A stretch of 64,000 bases of DNA from Myxococcota bacterium (GTDB lineage Bacteria; Myxococcota_A; UBA9042; PHBI01; JACKFB01), in assembly GCA_041389525.1 (NCBI GenBank), contig JAWKRR010000018.1:1721-65720 (forward strand), written 5' to 3'. Made by a program: the position numbers and the translations under genes. Below are positions 42,451 through 52,380 of the stretch, piece by piece. How positions within the stretch are numbered: the stretch's first letter is position 1; every line of letters begins with the position of its first letter. Under the pieces are notes generated by a model. That model did not search any database, had not been told where the DNA came from, and saw nothing but the letters and a program-made list of their open reading frames with translations.

Positions 42451-43056
42451 TCAGCGACGTGAAGGCGGGGCGGTCTGGTAGCGCGCCAGGAAGGTCGCGA
42501 CGGCGGCGGCGACCCGCTGCGCGATCTCGGCCTCGTCGGGCGGCTCGCGCATCCCCATGGCGACCTTGAGCTGGATGTGCCCGGCGATGGCGGCCAGGAA
42601 GTGCTCGGACGCGAGCTGGAGGTCGTCGACGGCGAGCTCGCCGCGGCTGCGGCGGGTGTCGAGGAAGCGCGCGAAGTCGGCGTAGGTGACCGCTGGGCCG
42701 TGCTCCCAGACGATCTGAGCGAGCTGAGGGAAGCGGCCGAACTCGCCCAGGCACAGGCGCAAGAGCGTCACGGCGCCCGGGCTGACGACCGCGCGCAAGA
42801 GCGACGTGCCCAGCGTGGTGAGCGCGTCGGCCAGGGGGGCCTCGTCGAGCCCTTCGGGCGCGCTGCGGTTGGCCATGGTCTCGACCACGCGGTCCATCAG
42901 GCCGGCGATCAGGTCGTCTTTCGACGGGAAGTATTTGTACAGCGTGGCTTTGGAGCCGCCGACCTGGGCGACGATCATGTCGGTGGTGGTCCCGACGAAG
43001 CCGTGGGCGGCGAAGAGCTCGAGGGCGGCCTGGAGATAGCGTTGGCGTCGAAGCAA
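42451..43056 (-). CDS. TetR/AcrR family transcriptional regulator
   Basis: AALELFAAHGFVGTTTDMIVAQVGGSKATLYKYFPSKDDL. Confidence 0.92.
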   Translation of the reverse strand: MLRRQRYLQAALELFAAHGFVGTTTDMIVAQVGGSKATLYKYFPSKDDLIAGLMDRVVETMANRSAPEGLDEAPLADALTTLGTSLLRAVVSPGAVTLLRLCLGEFGRFPQLAQIVWEHGPAVTYADFARFLDTRRSRGELAVDDLQLASEHFLAAIAGHIQLKVAMGMREPPDEAEIAQRVAAAVATFLARYQTAPPSRR

Positions 43057-43112
43057 TCGGGGGTCCTGTGGGAGGCCGGCGCGGTCGTTGACTGACGGGC
43101 TCGGGGGAGTGT

Positions 43113-43127
43113 ACTGTACGGTACAGT
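43113..43127. promoter_or_regulatory. Perfect palindrome ACTGTAC-G-GTACAGT, probable TetR operator
   Basis: Lies in the short divergent intergenic region between the tetR and cupin genes. Confidence 0.7.
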
Positions 43128-43152
43128 TCCCGCCACAATTCGGAGGTACCCC

Positions 43153-43659
43153 ATGAGCGCCGACTCAGGCCACATTGCGCCCGGCACGGCCGGTTTGCCC
43201 ACGACCCTCATCGTCCGCCGCGCCGGCGACGCGCCGTCTGCGTCGCTCTCGCCCACCGACCGCACGCGATTTCTGTTCGCGGACGTGCCGGGCGAGCCGG
43301 AGTTCTTCGACGCCATCGGGGGTCGGGGGGACAGCGCGCCGCTCCATCGCCACCCGTGGGCGACCTGGGAGTTGATCATCGAGGGCAAGGTCCGCTTCTC
43401 GGTGGACGGCGAGGAGGTCGTGGCCGAGGCGGGCGACTTCGTCTACACGCCGCCGAACGCGGTGCACAGCTTCGTGCTCGAGAGCGCCAGCGCGCGGATG
43501 GTGGGGTTCAACCACCCGGCGCCGCGCTTTGCGTCGCTGCAGCGGCAGGCCCAGGCGCTGTTCGCAGCGGAGGGCGGGCCCGACATGAAGCGCATCGCGC
43601 AGCTCGCGAAGGAGCACGGCGTCGACGTGCTCGGCCCGCCGATGCAGCCGCGGGATTGA
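43153..43659 (+). CDS. Cupin domain protein
   Basis: APLHRHPWATWELIIEGKVRF...GDFVYTPPNAVHSF. Confidence 0.88.
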   Translation: MSADSGHIAPGTAGLPTTLIVRRAGDAPSASLSPTDRTRFLFADVPGEPEFFDAIGGRGDSAPLHRHPWATWELIIEGKVRFSVDGEEVVAEAGDFVYTPPNAVHSFVLESASARMVGFNHPAPRFASLQRQAQALFAAEGGPDMKRIAQLAKEHGVDVLGPPMQPRD

Positions 43660-43852
43660 GCTGACGATTGCCGGCGATGCGGGCGCGCCGGGCGCCGGTG
43701 AGACGGTGCGCGCGGGCGCCCATGCGGCGCGTGGGGTACTGCACTCCCGCGCATTCGCTTGAGTTTCCGGGGGTGGGATCGCTACGATGCGCCGCGCGCG
43801 CGGACAGGTTGCCGGTCTCGCGTCGGCGGAATCGCGCCAGGAGCCCCCACCC

Positions 43853-46800
43853 ATGCGCACCCGAATCATCATGTGCGTCGTCGCGCTGGCGCTCGCCGCC
43901 TGCTCGGGGGTGGGCGACACCAACAGCGCGGACGCCGTCGAGACGCCGGACGCGCCGCCCCTCGCGGAGGTCGCGGACACCGACGCGGACACGGGCGCGC
44001 AAGGTAGCGACGTGACGGTGGACGGCGCGGACGCGGACGGCGGCGTCGACGGCGTGCAGCCCGGGGACGCGGTGCTCGACGAGCATTCCGACGACGCGGA
44101 CACCGAGACCGACGCGGACGCGGACACCGACACCGAGACCGACGCCGACGCCGACGCCGACCCGGACGCGGCCGACACCGACGCCGACGCCCCCCTGGGC
44201 GACGTCGCCGCCGACTGCTCCGCCGAGCTCGACGGCACCCCCTGCGACGACGCCGACCCCTGCACGTCCGGCGACATCTGCCTCGCCGGCGCTTGCTCGG
44301 GCGACCCCATCGACTGCGACGACGGCGACCCCTGCACCACCGACCTGTGCACCTCCGCCGGCTGCTCCCACGACGTCATCCCCGACTGCATCTGCGCCAT
44401 CGACGACGACTGCGACCCCGTCGGCCCCGCCAACCTCTGCCTCCCCGACCGCGTCTGCGTCGAGGGCGCCTGCCTCCCCGTCCCCGACACCGGCGTCACC
44501 TGCCCCGCCGCCGACCACCCCCAATGCGGCGTCACGACCTGCAACCCCGCCACCGGCGCCTGCACCCTCAACCCCATAAACCAAGGCGGCAATTGCCCCG
44601 CCGGAGCCTGCGCGGCCAAGGGCGCCTGCGTCGACGGCGTCTGCGTCCCGGTCGGCCAGACCAACTGCTCCGACGACGACCCCTGCACCACCGACACCTG
44701 CGACCCCACCCTCGGCTGCACCCACGCCCCCGCGTCCGGCGCCGCCTGCAACGACGGCAACGCCTGCACCTCCGACGACCTCTGCCAGTCCGGCCTCTGC
44801 GCCGGCCAGCCCGTCGCCTGCACCGACAACAACCCGTGCACCACCGACGGCTGCGCCCCCGCCACCGGCTGCACCTTCACCCCCGCGTCCGGCGCGCCCT
44901 GCGACGACGGCGACCTCTGCACCCAAACCGACACCTGCCAATCCGGCACCTGCGTCGGCGCCAACCCCAAGGTCTGCACCGCCCCCGACCCCTGCCACGC
45001 CGCCGGCCTCTGCGTCGCCGGCGTCTGCGGAGCCGGCGCCCCCACCGACTGCAACGACAACGACCCCTGCACCACCGACGCCTGCAACCCCGCCACCGGC
45101 TGCACCCACACCCCCGCCAGCGGCGCCCCCTGCGACGACGCCAGCGCCTGCACCACCGCCGACACCTGCCAGTCCGGCACCTGCGTCGGCACCCCCATCA
45201 ACTGCGCCGACGAGTCCCCCTGCACCGCCGACGGCTGCGCCCCCGCCACCGGCTGCACCCACCAGCCCGTCAGCGACCTCCCCTGCAACGACGGCAACGG
45301 CTGCACCACCGCCGACACCTGCCTCGCCGGCGCCTGCGTCGGCACCCCGCTCGCCTGCGACGACGGCGACCCCTGCACGACCGACGCCTGCACCGCCCCC
45401 GCCGGCACCTGCACCCACCTGCCCGCCAGCGGCGCCCCCTGCGACGACGGCAACGGCTGCACCGCGGGCGACACCTGCGCCTCCGGCACCTGCGTGGGCG
45501 GCGGCCCCGTCGTCTGCCAGCCGCTCGACGACTGCCACGTCGCCGGCGTCTGCGGCGGGCCTGACCAGGTCTGCTCCAACCCCACCAAGCCCAACGGCAC
45601 CCCCTGCGACGACGCCGACATCTGCACCGAGGGCGAGCGCTGCCAGTCCGGCGCCTGCACCGACGGCACCCTGGTCATCTGCATGACCTGCGCGACCTGC
45701 CCCGCCGGCAAGGGCCTCGCCGCCGAGTGCACGCCGATCTCCGACACCGTCTGCGAGGCCTGCCAGCCGGGCGTGACCTACAGCGACGTCGACGACGAGA
45801 CCTTCTGCCAGCCCTGCCACGTCTGCCTCGCCGGCGAGTACGCGTCGAAGCCCTGCACGCCGACCGGCAACACGGTCTGCGCCGCCTGCCACCCGACCTG
45901 CGTGACCTGCGACGGCGGCACCAAGACCAAGTGCACGAGCTGCGGCCCCGGTCGCTCGCTGAAAGGCGGGGCCTGCCTGCTCATCGACGGCCAGCCGTGC
46001 ACCGCCAACGCCGAGTGCGTCAACACCTGCATCACCGGCCTCTGCGCCCCCCAAGCACCGACTGAGGGCGTCTGCGACCCCGGCGACACCGCCGACTGCC
46101 AAGCCAAGAACGTCTGCGAGGGCGGCATCGACGTGAAGCTGCGGTCCAAGGACGGCGCGCCGGGCGACAAGTTCGCCTTCGCGGTCGGCCTGTCGGGCAA
46201 CACCGCCATCGTCGGCGCGCCCGAGGACGACGACGCCGGCAATTCCTCAGGATCCGCCTACATATTCGTGCGCCACGGCGCCACCTGGACCCAGCAGCAG
46301 AAGCTGGTCGCCCCCGACGCGGTCGGCTTTGACCAGTTCGGCTACGCGGTGGCGATCTCGGGCGATATCGCCGTGGTCGGCGCCTACCTCGACGACGACG
46401 CCGGCAGCGGCTCGGGCTCGGCCCACGTCTTCGTCCGCAGCGGCGGTTCCTGGTCGCACCAGCAGAAGCTCAACGCCGTCGGCGCCGCCGCCTTCGACCA
46501 GTTCGGCTATGCCGTCGCGATCTCGGGCGAGACCATCGTCGTCGGCGCGTTTCAGGACGACGACGCCGGCAGCTCGTCGGGCTCGGCCTACGTCTTCGTG
46601 CGCAGCGGGACCACCTGGACCCAGCAGCAGAAGCTGACCGCCAAAGACGCCGCCGCCAGCGACTTCTTCGGGATCTCACTGGGGATCTCGGGCGACTCCA
46701 TCATCGTCGGCGCGAACGGTGACGACGACGGCGGCTCGCTGTCCGGTTCGGCCTACGTCTTCGCGCGCAGCGGGACCACCTGGACCGAGCAGCAGAAGCT

Positions 46801-47314
46801 GACGGCCAAAGACGCGGTGGCCGACGACCTCTTCGGGTACGCCGTCGCGATCTCGGGCGGCACGGCGGTGGTCGGGGCCTACGGTGACGACGACGCCGGC
46901 AGCTCGTCAGGCGCGGCCTACGTCTTCGTGCGCAGCGGGAGCACGTGGAGCGAGCAGCAGAAGCTCTTGCCCATCGGTGGCGCGGCCGGCGACCACTTCG
47001 GCTTCGCGGTGAGCCTGTCGGGCGACACCGCGCTGGTCGGCGCGGACCAGGACGACGACTTCGGCCTGGGCTCCGGCTCGGCCTACGCCTTCGTGCGCGA
47101 GGGCAGCACCTGGACCGAGCAGCAGCGCCTCAACGCCTCGGACGCGGCCGCCAGCGACTGGTTTGGCGCCGCCCTGGCCGTCTCCGGCGACATCGCGGTC
47201 ATCGGCGCCTTCTTCGACGACGACGCGGGCACCGACTCAGGCACCGCCCCGTGCTTTCAGCGCCTGCGGACCGGCTGGACCCAGAAGCCCTGGGCCTGCG
47301 TCGCCACGCCGTAG
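43853..47314 (+). CDS. Lipoprotein with Cys-rich repeats, TNFR-like Cys repeats and a C-terminal FG-GAP beta-propeller
   Basis: Lipobox LAAC; acidic linker; CDDGDPCTTD repeats; CxxCxxC...C.P..DTVC; about 7 repeats of D.FG.AVA.SGD..VVGA..DDD.G..SG.AYVF.R.G..W.QQQKL. Confidence 0.9.
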   Translation: MRTRIIMCVVALALAACSGVGDTNSADAVETPDAPPLAEVADTDADTGAQGSDVTVDGADADGGVDGVQPGDAVLDEHSDDADTETDADADTDTETDADADADPDAADTDADAPLGDVAADCSAELDGTPCDDADPCTSGDICLAGACSGDPIDCDDGDPCTTDLCTSAGCSHDVIPDCICAIDDDCDPVGPANLCLPDRVCVEGACLPVPDTGVTCPAADHPQCGVTTCNPATGACTLNPINQGGNCPAGACAAKGACVDGVCVPVGQTNCSDDDPCTTDTCDPTLGCTHAPASGAACNDGNACTSDDLCQSGLCAGQPVACTDNNPCTTDGCAPATGCTFTPASGAPCDDGDLCTQTDTCQSGTCVGANPKVCTAPDPCHAAGLCVAGVCGAGAPTDCNDNDPCTTDACNPATGCTHTPASGAPCDDASACTTADTCQSGTCVGTPINCADESPCTADGCAPATGCTHQPVSDLPCNDGNGCTTADTCLAGACVGTPLACDDGDPCTTDACTAPAGTCTHLPASGAPCDDGNGCTAGDTCASGTCVGGGPVVCQPLDDCHVAGVCGGPDQVCSNPTKPNGTPCDDADICTEGERCQSGACTDGTLVICMTCATCPAGKGLAAECTPISDTVCEACQPGVTYSDVDDETFCQPCHVCLAGEYASKPCTPTGNTVCAACHPTCVTCDGGTKTKCTSCGPGRSLKGGACLLIDGQPCTANAECVNTCITGLCAPQAPTEGVCDPGDTADCQAKNVCEGGIDVKLRSKDGAPGDKFAFAVGLSGNTAIVGAPEDDDAGNSSGSAYIFVRHGATWTQQQKLVAPDAVGFDQFGYAVAISGDIAVVGAYLDDDAGSGSGSAHVFVRSGGSWSHQQKLNAVGAAAFDQFGYAVAISGETIVVGAFQDDDAGSSSGSAYVFVRSGTTWTQQQKLTAKDAAASDFFGISLGISGDSIIVGANGDDDGGSLSGSAYVFARSGTTWTEQQKLTAKDAVADDLFGYAVAISGGTAVVGAYGDDDAGSSSGAAYVFVRSGSTWSEQQKLLPIGGAAGDHFGFAVSLSGDTALVGADQDDDFGLGSGSAYAFVREGSTWTEQQRLNASDAAASDWFGAALAVSGDIAVIGAFFDDDAGTDSGTAPCFQRLRTGWTQKPWACVATP

Positions 47315-47324
47315 GTCCTCGCGG

Positions 47325-49127
47325 TCACTTGTAGATGACCAGCCAGCTGCTCATCACGATGTTGCCCGCGTCGGGTGGCGGCGGCGCGCCGTTGAGCAGC
47401 CCGCGGTAGCTCACGCTGGCCGTCGTCCCCGGCAGCGCCACGTCGCTGACGTCCACGATCCAAGGCGCGACCTGCTGCCCCGGGCACCAACCGCCGCGCC
47501 CGTACCACCAGGTGCCGTACTGGTTCGGCACCATCCCGCGCGCAAGCTCCGGCATGCAGCCGGTCGGCACGCCCACCGTCGGGTGGGTGCGCAGCGCGGT
47601 CTTGCCGTTGACCGTGAACTCGTGGGCGTGGTTGCAGAACTCGGCGCACTGCGACGTGGCCGAGCCGTGCCCCGTGATGACCGAGTACAGCTCGACCCGG
47701 GTCGCGTCGGCCGGGATCGGCACGTCGATGGGCGCGAAACCCTCGTTGTATCCCTCGCCGAAGTTCCCCCCGAAGTAGAGGGGCACCGCCTCGCGCGGCG
47801 TCATCCCCTTGCCGCGCTTGGAGAAGCGCAGCGCCAGCCGCGTCCAGGTCGGCTGGGTGTTCCACGGCGGCGCAAAATCCCAGCGCAGCTTCCGCGTGCC
47901 GCCAGCTTTGAGGTGCGCCAGCATGGGGCTCACGTCCGAGGCCCAGCGGGTCTCGCGGGCGTAGGCGGTGATGAAGCGCCCAAGCTCGATCCGCGCGTCC
48001 CCCTCGGCCGCACCTAGCAAATAGAGGTGCGCGAGATAGTCCCACTCGCCGCAATTGCCGGGCTCGATCTTCTTCGCGTCCGGGCAGCGCATCTCGACCT
48101 CGATGTGCAGCGTGTCGAACTCGGCAAGCTCGGCCGCGGAAGGCAGGGTGACCTCGGTCTCCGCGAACTCGGCCAGCACCTCGCCGTCCCACGCCACCAC
48201 CCGCGTCGCCTCCTCCGCCTGCAGCGCCTGGACCTGGGCGGCTTCCGCGTTCAGGTAGCGCGCCTCGTTCGACGCGTAGGCCAGGTTGGTCTCAAAGGGC
48301 CACGCCCCGGCCGCCGAGGCCGCCTGGTTCTGCCGCGTCACGTCTGAGAGCGAGCCCAGGCCGCGAATCCGCTGGGTCCGGTCGATGGCGAAGCCCAGCG
48401 CCCCGGTCCCCTGGTCCATCACGGTCTGAACCCACGAGCCCAGCGCCCCCGCCCGCCGCGGCGTCACGTGCAGGTGAGCCAGCCAGAAGCCGCCTTTCTC
48501 CGCGGGCATGTTGATGACCGCGTCGATGAAGCGCCCCGCCAGCGCGTTCGCCGCGGCCGCCGCGGCCTCGTCGGTCGCCGCGCGCGAGATGAAGACGTAG
48601 TGCACGTTGTCAGGCGAGGCCGCGATCAGCCCCGGGACGCCGCCCGCCCAGATCGAGGTCGGGTCGATCTGCGTGCGGCGCAGCGTGTCGGGGATGAAGA
48701 CGTAGGTGTCGCAGCCGGTCCAGTGCTCCGAGAGGCGCCAGGTCGTCCCGTCGGTGCGCTCAAACGTGAAGTCGCCAGCGAGGTCGTGCCGGTAGACGCC
48801 ACCTTGCTCGTAGGAGAACGGCCGCGCCGGCAGCCCGTCGGCGCAGAGCACGGGAGGCTCCACGATCTCGGGCGCTGCGTCGCCGCCAGCATCGCCGCCG
48901 GCATCGGCCACATCGGCCACCGCATCCGCCACGTCCGCCGCCTCACCATCCGGCCCCGCCGCGTCACCATCCCCGGCCGCCTCACCACCGTCTGCAAGCG
49001 CGTCCGCCGCGCCCACCGCGTCCCCGCCCCCGTCAGCGGCGTCGTCCCCCGCGCCGCATCCAAGCGTCAGAGCCAGAAGCGCCGCCAAGACCAGCGCCCG
49101 AAATGTCGACAAGGCGTGAACATTCAT
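47325..49127 (-). CDS. Peptide-N-glycosidase F-related lipoprotein
   Basis: Lipobox TLGC; CGEWDY, ELGRFITAY, ITGHG..QCAEFCNHAH, NQYGTWWYGRGGWCPG. Confidence 0.85.
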   Translation of the reverse strand: MNVHALSTFRALVLAALLALTLGCGAGDDAADGGGDAVGAADALADGGEAAGDGDAAGPDGEAADVADAVADVADAGGDAGGDAAPEIVEPPVLCADGLPARPFSYEQGGVYRHDLAGDFTFERTDGTTWRLSEHWTGCDTYVFIPDTLRRTQIDPTSIWAGGVPGLIAASPDNVHYVFISRAATDEAAAAAANALAGRFIDAVINMPAEKGGFWLAHLHVTPRRAGALGSWVQTVMDQGTGALGFAIDRTQRIRGLGSLSDVTRQNQAASAAGAWPFETNLAYASNEARYLNAEAAQVQALQAEEATRVVAWDGEVLAEFAETEVTLPSAAELAEFDTLHIEVEMRCPDAKKIEPGNCGEWDYLAHLYLLGAAEGDARIELGRFITAYARETRWASDVSPMLAHLKAGGTRKLRWDFAPPWNTQPTWTRLALRFSKRGKGMTPREAVPLYFGGNFGEGYNEGFAPIDVPIPADATRVELYSVITGHGSATSQCAEFCNHAHEFTVNGKTALRTHPTVGVPTGCMPELARGMVPNQYGTWWYGRGGWCPGQQVAPWIVDVSDVALPGTTASVSYRGLLNGAPPPPDAGNIVMSSWLVIYK

Positions 49128-49291
49128 AGGCCCAGCATACCCAAGCGGCGCCCACAAAGAAGGCCCCAACCCAAGCGGCGCCACCCCGGCCCCACGAAAG
49201 CCGCCGCCAAGCTGAAGGCCAAACGCTGAAAGCTGAAAGCGGGCCATCGCGCCCCCGACCCCACAGCCCCGCCCCCAACGCCCCGCCGCGA

Positions 49292-50524
49292 TTGCCCCCC
49301 CTTGCGTTCCCAAGCAAGCTGGGACAAGGCTCCCGCGCGGCCCCGCGCCCCCGAAGGCCCCCGGCCGACCGTGGCAGCACCGCCCGAGATCTGCTCCTGC
49401 CGCCCGAGCCCCCGTTGTTCAAGGCCCTCCACAAGCGCTTCCACGACCTCGCGATGCACCTGCTGCGCGAGCACACCGAGCCCCCGCGCATGGCGCTGGC
49501 GGTCTGGGTGGGCTGCGTGGTCGGCTGCACGCCGCTCTTCGGCTTTCACCTGTGGGTCTGCATCGCGCTGGCGTGGGCGCTGCGGCTCAACCAGGTCGTG
49601 GTCTACGCCGCCGCCAACATCTCCATCCCACCGCTGGCGCCCTTCATCGGGTTCGCCGCGGTGCAGCTTGGCGAGCAGGTGCTGCACGGCCGCTGGATGG
49701 CGCTGGAGCTGGCCGACTTCACCTGGCGAAACGCCCCCGCCCTGGGCGCGCGCTTCTTCGTAAACTGGCTGGTCGGCGGGCTGGTCGTCGGCGCGGCCAT
49801 CGGCCTCGTGGGCGCTGCGGTCACCTGGGTCTTTCTGGCCCGCCGGCGCGACCGCAAGCGCGCGGAGGAGGACCCGCTCTACGCCGCGATGCTGACCGCG
49901 TCGGCGCGCTACCGGCCGCTGCCGCGAAACCTGCGCGTCTACGCCCACATGAAGTACCGCATGGACCCGTCCTACCGCGCCATCGCCGGGCTGGTGCCGC
50001 CGGGGGCCTTCACCGTGGACCTCGGCACGGGCCTGGGGATGCTGCCGACCCTGCTCGGCGTGCTCGGCGAAGGCCGCAAATCCCTAGGCGTGGACTGGGA
50101 TTCCGCCAAGGTGCGCGGCGGCGTCCAAGCGTCCGCGGGCCTCGCAGGCGTGGACCTCGTCGAGGGCGACGTCCAGCGCTTCGAGCCGCCGGCTTGCGAC
50201 GTCATCACCCTGGTCGACGTCCTTCATTACTATGAGCCCGCCGACCAGCGCGCCCTGTTGGCCCGCTGCGCCGCCGCGCTGCGCCCCGGCGGCCGCCTCA
50301 TCATCCGCGAGGGCGACCGCGCCCGCGAAGGCGGCGCGCGCTGGACCCGCCTGGTCGAGCGCGTCGTCACCAAGCTGGGCTGGAACCGCGGCCCGGCCGT
50401 CCACTTCCGCCCCGCCGCCGACCTCCAAGCCGACCTCGAGGCCCTGGGCTTCACCGTCGCCATCACGCCGCTGGCCGGCAGCCTCCACCCCGGAAACGTC
50501 CTGCTGGTGGGCGAGATCGGCTGA
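49292..50524 (+). CDS. DUF2062 membrane domain fused to a class I SAM-dependent methyltransferase (start uncertain)
   Basis: ALAVWVGCVVGCTPLFGFH...RLNQVVVYAAANISIPP (DUF2062); VDLGTGLG, GVDWD, DVLHY, LRPGGRLIIRE (methyltransferase). Confidence 0.8.
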   Translation: MPPLAFPSKLGQGSRAAPRPRRPPADRGSTARDLLLPPEPPLFKALHKRFHDLAMHLLREHTEPPRMALAVWVGCVVGCTPLFGFHLWVCIALAWALRLNQVVVYAAANISIPPLAPFIGFAAVQLGEQVLHGRWMALELADFTWRNAPALGARFFVNWLVGGLVVGAAIGLVGAAVTWVFLARRRDRKRAEEDPLYAAMLTASARYRPLPRNLRVYAHMKYRMDPSYRAIAGLVPPGAFTVDLGTGLGMLPTLLGVLGEGRKSLGVDWDSAKVRGGVQASAGLAGVDLVEGDVQRFEPPACDVITLVDVLHYYEPADQRALLARCAAALRPGGRLIIREGDRAREGGARWTRLVERVVTKLGWNRGPAVHFRPAADLQADLEALGFTVAITPLAGSLHPGNVLLVGEIG

Positions 50525-50671
50525 GCGCGCGCGGGCGGGCGGGCGGCGACCGTCCGGCAGGCGTGGCGCCCCCCGCACAGGCCGTCGGCACCTGTGGACT
50601 CAGTCGGCCGCCGAAGGGCCTCCGACTCACCGGAGCACAACGCGTTTAGGCCCATTTACCCAGGAGCCGTC

Positions 50672-52300
50672 ATGGTCTCTCGAAGATGGTCACACTGTGT
50701 CCGCGCCGCCGCGGCTCTGTGCGTTCTCGCCCTGGGTGCCGTCGCCTGCGACAGCGGGGGCGACGAGGGGGGCGAGCCGGTCGATGACGACTCGGTGCAG
50801 GCCACCGTCGGCGCGAAGGGCGGGGTGTTGGACGGGCGGGCTGGCTCGAGCTTGTTCGGGGTCAAGGTCCTCTTCCCGCCGGGCGCGCTGACCGGCAACA
50901 CGAAGGTGACCCTGAAGCCGACCTTCGACGCCACGCCGCTGCCCGAGTACGCCGAGCGGGTCGGGCCGCAGGTCGTCATCGAGAGCAAGGGCACGCTGAG
51001 CGGGCCGATGCTGCTGACGCTGCCGGTGGACTCGGGCGCGGTCGACCGGTTCGGGCAGGGCGCGACGTCGGTCAAGGTGTGGCTTCGCGCAGGCGGCACC
51101 TGGGCTTTGACCGAGCCGACGGAGACCGGCGAGGGGACCGTCACCATCTCGCTGAGCGAGTTCACGACGGCCGCGGCGGGGGTCAAGGTGACGTCGCTGG
51201 TGCCGAAGTGCGCGGGCGCTGGCGCCTGCACGGGCACGGCGGCGAGCCACTACGACGCGGTCGGGTGCGCGAGCACGGGGCTGTGCGCGAGGGCGATGTT
51301 CCCCGCCGGCCAGCCCATCGACGGCTTTGACTTCGCCGTGGCCGAGCGCGGCACAGCCCTCGCCTTTCCCGCGCCCGCCGCCACGACGGGCATCAAGGGC
51401 GCGTCGTTGGGGGTCCAGGCCGGCTCGTCGGCGTTCGGCCCCTCGCGCACGCTGACCTCGTCGCGGCGGGTCAATCCGGGCCTCGTCGGCGCCGGTGACG
51501 TGATGGTCGGGCTGGCGTCCGGCAACCTGCTGCTCCCAGCCGACTCGCGCGCCCCGGTCCTCTACACCGACGGCGTGGGCCTCGGCGGCTTTCGCATCTC
51601 CAGCGGGCAGTCCCTGCGCTTCGCCATCGACCCCAAGGGGGACCTCGGCGTCATCAACCACGAGGAGGGCCTGCTCGCTGTGGACGAGCAGATCATGGTT
51701 ATCGCGGTCAACAACGTCATCGCGGTCTCCCACGAGAACGCGCCGCGCATCGTCCCGCTCCGAGGCGACGCGGGCTTCCTGGTCGGCCTGGCCAGCCAGG
51801 TCCTGGAGGCGAAGCTCACCAGCGAGATCAAGGGTTCGGTGACACAGACCGTGCAGCTGCCGAAGGGCCAGTCCTTGTCGCCCCAGGCCCCGCTGGCCAG
51901 CGGACCGGCGGGCGCGGTGGCGGCGGTCAGCCAGCCCGGCGCGAAGGTCGTGGTCTCGCGCGGCGGCGCGGCGTTTCAGGTCGTGTCGGGCGTGGCGTTC
52001 CCGGCGTCGAGCGTGGCCTTCGACGGCACGGGCGCGGTGGTGATCTCATCCGCAACCACGCCCGAGATCATGGTGGTCCAAGCGAACGGCCAGGCGCGCA
52101 GCTTCCGCCTCACCGACGCACCCGAGGGCAGCGCGGCCGCGACAAACGCCATCATCCGCCAGATCGTCTCAGCCAGCGGCGACGCGCGCCTGCCGGTGGC
52201 CGGCATCGTCTCGCCCCGCGGAGACGTCGCCGCCACGCTGGAGGTGGGCCTCATCGCCCTGACCCAGGACCGCAGCTTCGTGCGCCTGACGCTGCCCTGA
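50672..52300 (+). CDS. Hypothetical lipoprotein with N-terminal ZU5-like domain
   Basis: AGGAG ribosome-binding site, lipobox AVAC; GVKVLFPPGAL..KVTL..VGPQVVIE..LLTLP..FTTAAAGV resembles ZU5; the rest is beta-rich. Confidence 0.65.
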   Translation: MVSRRWSHCVRAAAALCVLALGAVACDSGGDEGGEPVDDDSVQATVGAKGGVLDGRAGSSLFGVKVLFPPGALTGNTKVTLKPTFDATPLPEYAERVGPQVVIESKGTLSGPMLLTLPVDSGAVDRFGQGATSVKVWLRAGGTWALTEPTETGEGTVTISLSEFTTAAAGVKVTSLVPKCAGAGACTGTAASHYDAVGCASTGLCARAMFPAGQPIDGFDFAVAERGTALAFPAPAATTGIKGASLGVQAGSSAFGPSRTLTSSRRVNPGLVGAGDVMVGLASGNLLLPADSRAPVLYTDGVGLGGFRISSGQSLRFAIDPKGDLGVINHEEGLLAVDEQIMVIAVNNVIAVSHENAPRIVPLRGDAGFLVGLASQVLEAKLTSEIKGSVTQTVQLPKGQSLSPQAPLASGPAGAVAAVSQPGAKVVVSRGGAAFQVVSGVAFPASSVAFDGTGAVVISSATTPEIMVVQANGQARSFRLTDAPEGSAAATNAIIRQIVSASGDARLPVAGIVSPRGDVAATLEVGLIALTQDRSFVRLTLP

Positions 52301-52380
52301 GCCCAGGCGTCGCGCGCCGTTCGCGGTGGCATTGGCGCATTCGGGTGGCCGCGCGGCGGTCACCGGCCCTGTTGAGGACC

